Shown here: positions 61,494 to 64,000 of the stretch, one piece after another
How positions within the stretch are numbered: the stretch's first letter is position 1
Layout of the letters: each line of letters starts with the position of its first letter
Assembly: GCF_006345805.1 (NCBI RefSeq)
Contig: NC_043013.1
Location: 55,862,001-55,926,000, forward strand
From: Octopus sinensis
Taxonomy: Eukaryota
DNA: 64,000 nucleotides
Direction of reading: 5' to 3'
Program-made: the position numbers and the translations under genes
The notes under the pieces: generated by a model
Databases searched by the model: none
Seen by the model: the letters and a program-made list of their open reading frames with translations, nothing else
Told to the model about the DNA's origin: nothing

Positions 61494-62903
61494 TTAATGA
61501 ACTGTACATTGTAAATATTGATAGTTTGGAGTGAGGTGTGCTTTTTCAGATGTGATGTCTCTCTTTTAGATTCGAATCCATTTCTTTGTAAACCCTTCTC
61601 TATATTCCAGTGCCTCATCATTCTTCATTTGTATTTTAGCAAAGGAATAAATTTGATGTCAAAATTTGATGAAACACTGGATGGCCATTCTACTTAATAC
61701 CACCTCTTTTACAAAATGTGAAAATCAGGACAGCTATTCTTGATGCTGTTGTTGTTGCTATTGTTTAGCACCATCTTGACCAGAATCAAGAAAATCTTTA
61801 ATTAAATACATTTAACTAATTAACATCTCATCTTCATTTTCAGACATGCCACATATTTAAGATGACATTATCTAAAATGTTCTTACTTTAGGAGGACAAT
61901 TTGAAGTAGAATTTGTTGCTGTTTTTAGCCAATCGATCAACCACAGAGAGACTACCCCCACCCTGGCTCATAAATATTGCTGTTCATGTTGTTGTTGCTG
62001 CTGCTGCTATAGATTCAAGGTAGATCATTATGCTAGTTCTAACTCTACCAAATTCAAGAACCTGTTTTGGTTACCCGTTAAGAGTTATTCATTTACATAG
62101 CTATTGTCTTCGACAAAAACAGGCATAAATATTACATTTACCCATCTCCCCCCCTCTTCTCCGTTAACAATGTAAAAAAATGATATTCGTTACATTTCCG
62201 TTTCTATTCTTATAATATCGAAGTTGACTTGTGGCTGATTCTACTGTCTGTTTGAAGAGTACAGTTTAGATCAATAAAATGGAGGCGGAGAAAAAGTATG
62301 CTACAGTTTACCATTTCATCAAGGGAGTTCTTTATCAAAGAAAGACCATCTTAGCAGTGAAAGATTATATATAACATGGTCAGGCTTCTTCCATGTTGAA
62401 TTGTATATCGACTGTTTGCTAGAATATTAGTCAATGTCTACAAAACTATTTATGAGGTTGCAGTAAAAAGTTCAGTTTGGTAAAAAATATGATTTTTTTC
62501 CATTTGTTTTCTGACAATGTTTCATTTATTGCTGCAGCAGTCTTTAAGCCAGATTATCTTGCTATTCTGTCTGCAATTTAAAACCCAGTTTCTTCATAAA
62601 CTTCCATAAAACAACAAAGAGAGATAGTTAGGATGAACAAAAGAATCTTCTTAGAACAAAGAATAAATTTCTATTTATCTAACATTCTTAAACAAGCTTA
62701 GCCTCTTTTCTACTTCTCTAAAGAATTTGACTATTTTTATAGAAAAAGAAACAAAGAAGGAACCAACCATTTTCTAAGTCAGCCAAATAATCTGGGATAA
62801 GTTAAAGAAATCATCTTTAAATGTTCCTTTGTATATAAAAAGTTTGAATGTATATTTGGTACTTTAAAAACTTAAATATGTACACCCACCCACACAAACC
62901 ATA

Positions 62904-62904
<1 letters not shown>

Positions 62905-62952
<48 letters not shown>

Positions 62953-62969
62953 CACACGCACACACACAC
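62905..62969. repeat. (CA)n microsatellite
   Basis: Direct reading. Confidence 0.95.
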
Positions 62970-64000
62970 TGTAGATATTCAATTGTATGTGAGCATGTAT
63001 CTATTGATAACAGGTTATAAATGAATGTGAATATATTCAATTATAAATTTGTATTTGGCAAGAAGGAAGAGAAAACCTACTTCACAGACAAAAGTTGTAG
63101 TTGTCAGAGAATTGTTCAATTGCGCAAAATATCTCAGATTTATGAAATGTTGTGAATTAGGAAATTTCTGACCATTCTCAAACATCAAAGAAAAACTAAG
63201 AACTTTCTTTCTCACTAAAATTCTATTAATAGTACATTATATATTTTGGGATTATATTGTTCTCAGCATTGGTTTCTGATAACAATTGCAGCAAAGTGAA
63301 GACTGAAGCTTCTCAAAGACGACTATAAGTAATCTCTGATGAAAGAAGGCGTCAGTGCTAATTCTTTTGTAGATCAGGACCAAAATGTTTCTCAATTGGT
63401 GTAGCTGAAAGTCATGATTTTAATTCACAGTTATAAACTAATAAGAATGGACTGATTGTAAACTTATAAGTCTTACTAATTCTATTTTATTCTTTCTTTC
63501 CTTCCTTTCTTCTTTTCAGATTCTTCCTTTCATTCTAGTTTTATGTAATTTTCCTTTTTCTCTCGTCTTTCTTTCTGTCTTTTTCTCTTTTTCCATTCTT
63601 TATTCACTAGATTTTTTTTGTCTCTTTTTGCTTCTTATTTTAACCAGAAGATAAGAAACCATCAGTACTAATGACATCTTGCAGGATCTCTGACACTGGA
63701 GGAGAAAAAGGAGGAAGAACATGGTTCTTTTATTATTGTCACAAGCAAGACCTGATCTAAATTCCTGCAACTGAGTGGACACTGCTACTGTCACCTGATA
63801 ACCAAGTAGCAGTGGTAAGCTAAGATTCCTTATGTATTTGCATAGTTTTTATAGGCAAACCCTTTAAAATAGCAAATGTGGAGAAAATATTCCTTTCAAA
63901 ACATTTTCAGACAATAACATGAAGACAGTTATTTTACAGGGTGACAGTGCTTCCAGTCTCTGTTACGGAAGGGAGGTAACCACTCCATACTGCATGCATC

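Noticed and set aside
62270-62480. Short ORF MEAEKKYATVYHFIKG... and a mariner-TIR-like string
   Set aside because: Similarity to mariner N-termini is too weak, with no catalytic region or paired TIR.
63645-63822. Possible exon after a long polypyrimidine tract ending in GTG|GTAAG
   Set aside because: All three frames contain stops; at most a non-coding exon, unsupported.

Overview
AT-rich, microsatellite-dense eukaryotic DNA, almost entirely interspersed repeats. The SINE/LINE repertoire looks like an octopus (coleoid cephalopod) intron or intergenic region; that is inference from recognition, with no database check. I found no host protein-coding gene. Most short ORFs in the track are translations of (TA)n, (CA)n, (GATA)n, (CAT)n and (ATT)n runs. 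Main contents: (1) a young, 5'-truncated Penelope-like element (PLE) at about 19902-24000, with an uninterrupted RT + GIY-YIG frame, Asn-rich linkers, a 126-bp perfect inverted terminal copy and a complete type I hammerhead ribozyme with a long branched stem II; (2) a second, unrelated hammerhead in a 200-bp (TA)n-embedded element at 14925-14998, plus two decayed minimal hammerheads; (3) three long RTE-clade LINE copies and several fragments, whose RT carries a C4HC3 PHD-type finger inserted after the YADD motif; (4) a decayed R4/Dong-like RLE LINE split by one RTE copy; (5) two Helitrons with both termini, one carrying a PIF1-type helicase fragment; (6) a DD34E Tc1/Tc3-like transposon, three foldback MITE-like elements and many tRNA-derived SINEs. 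All folds and alignments were done by eye.
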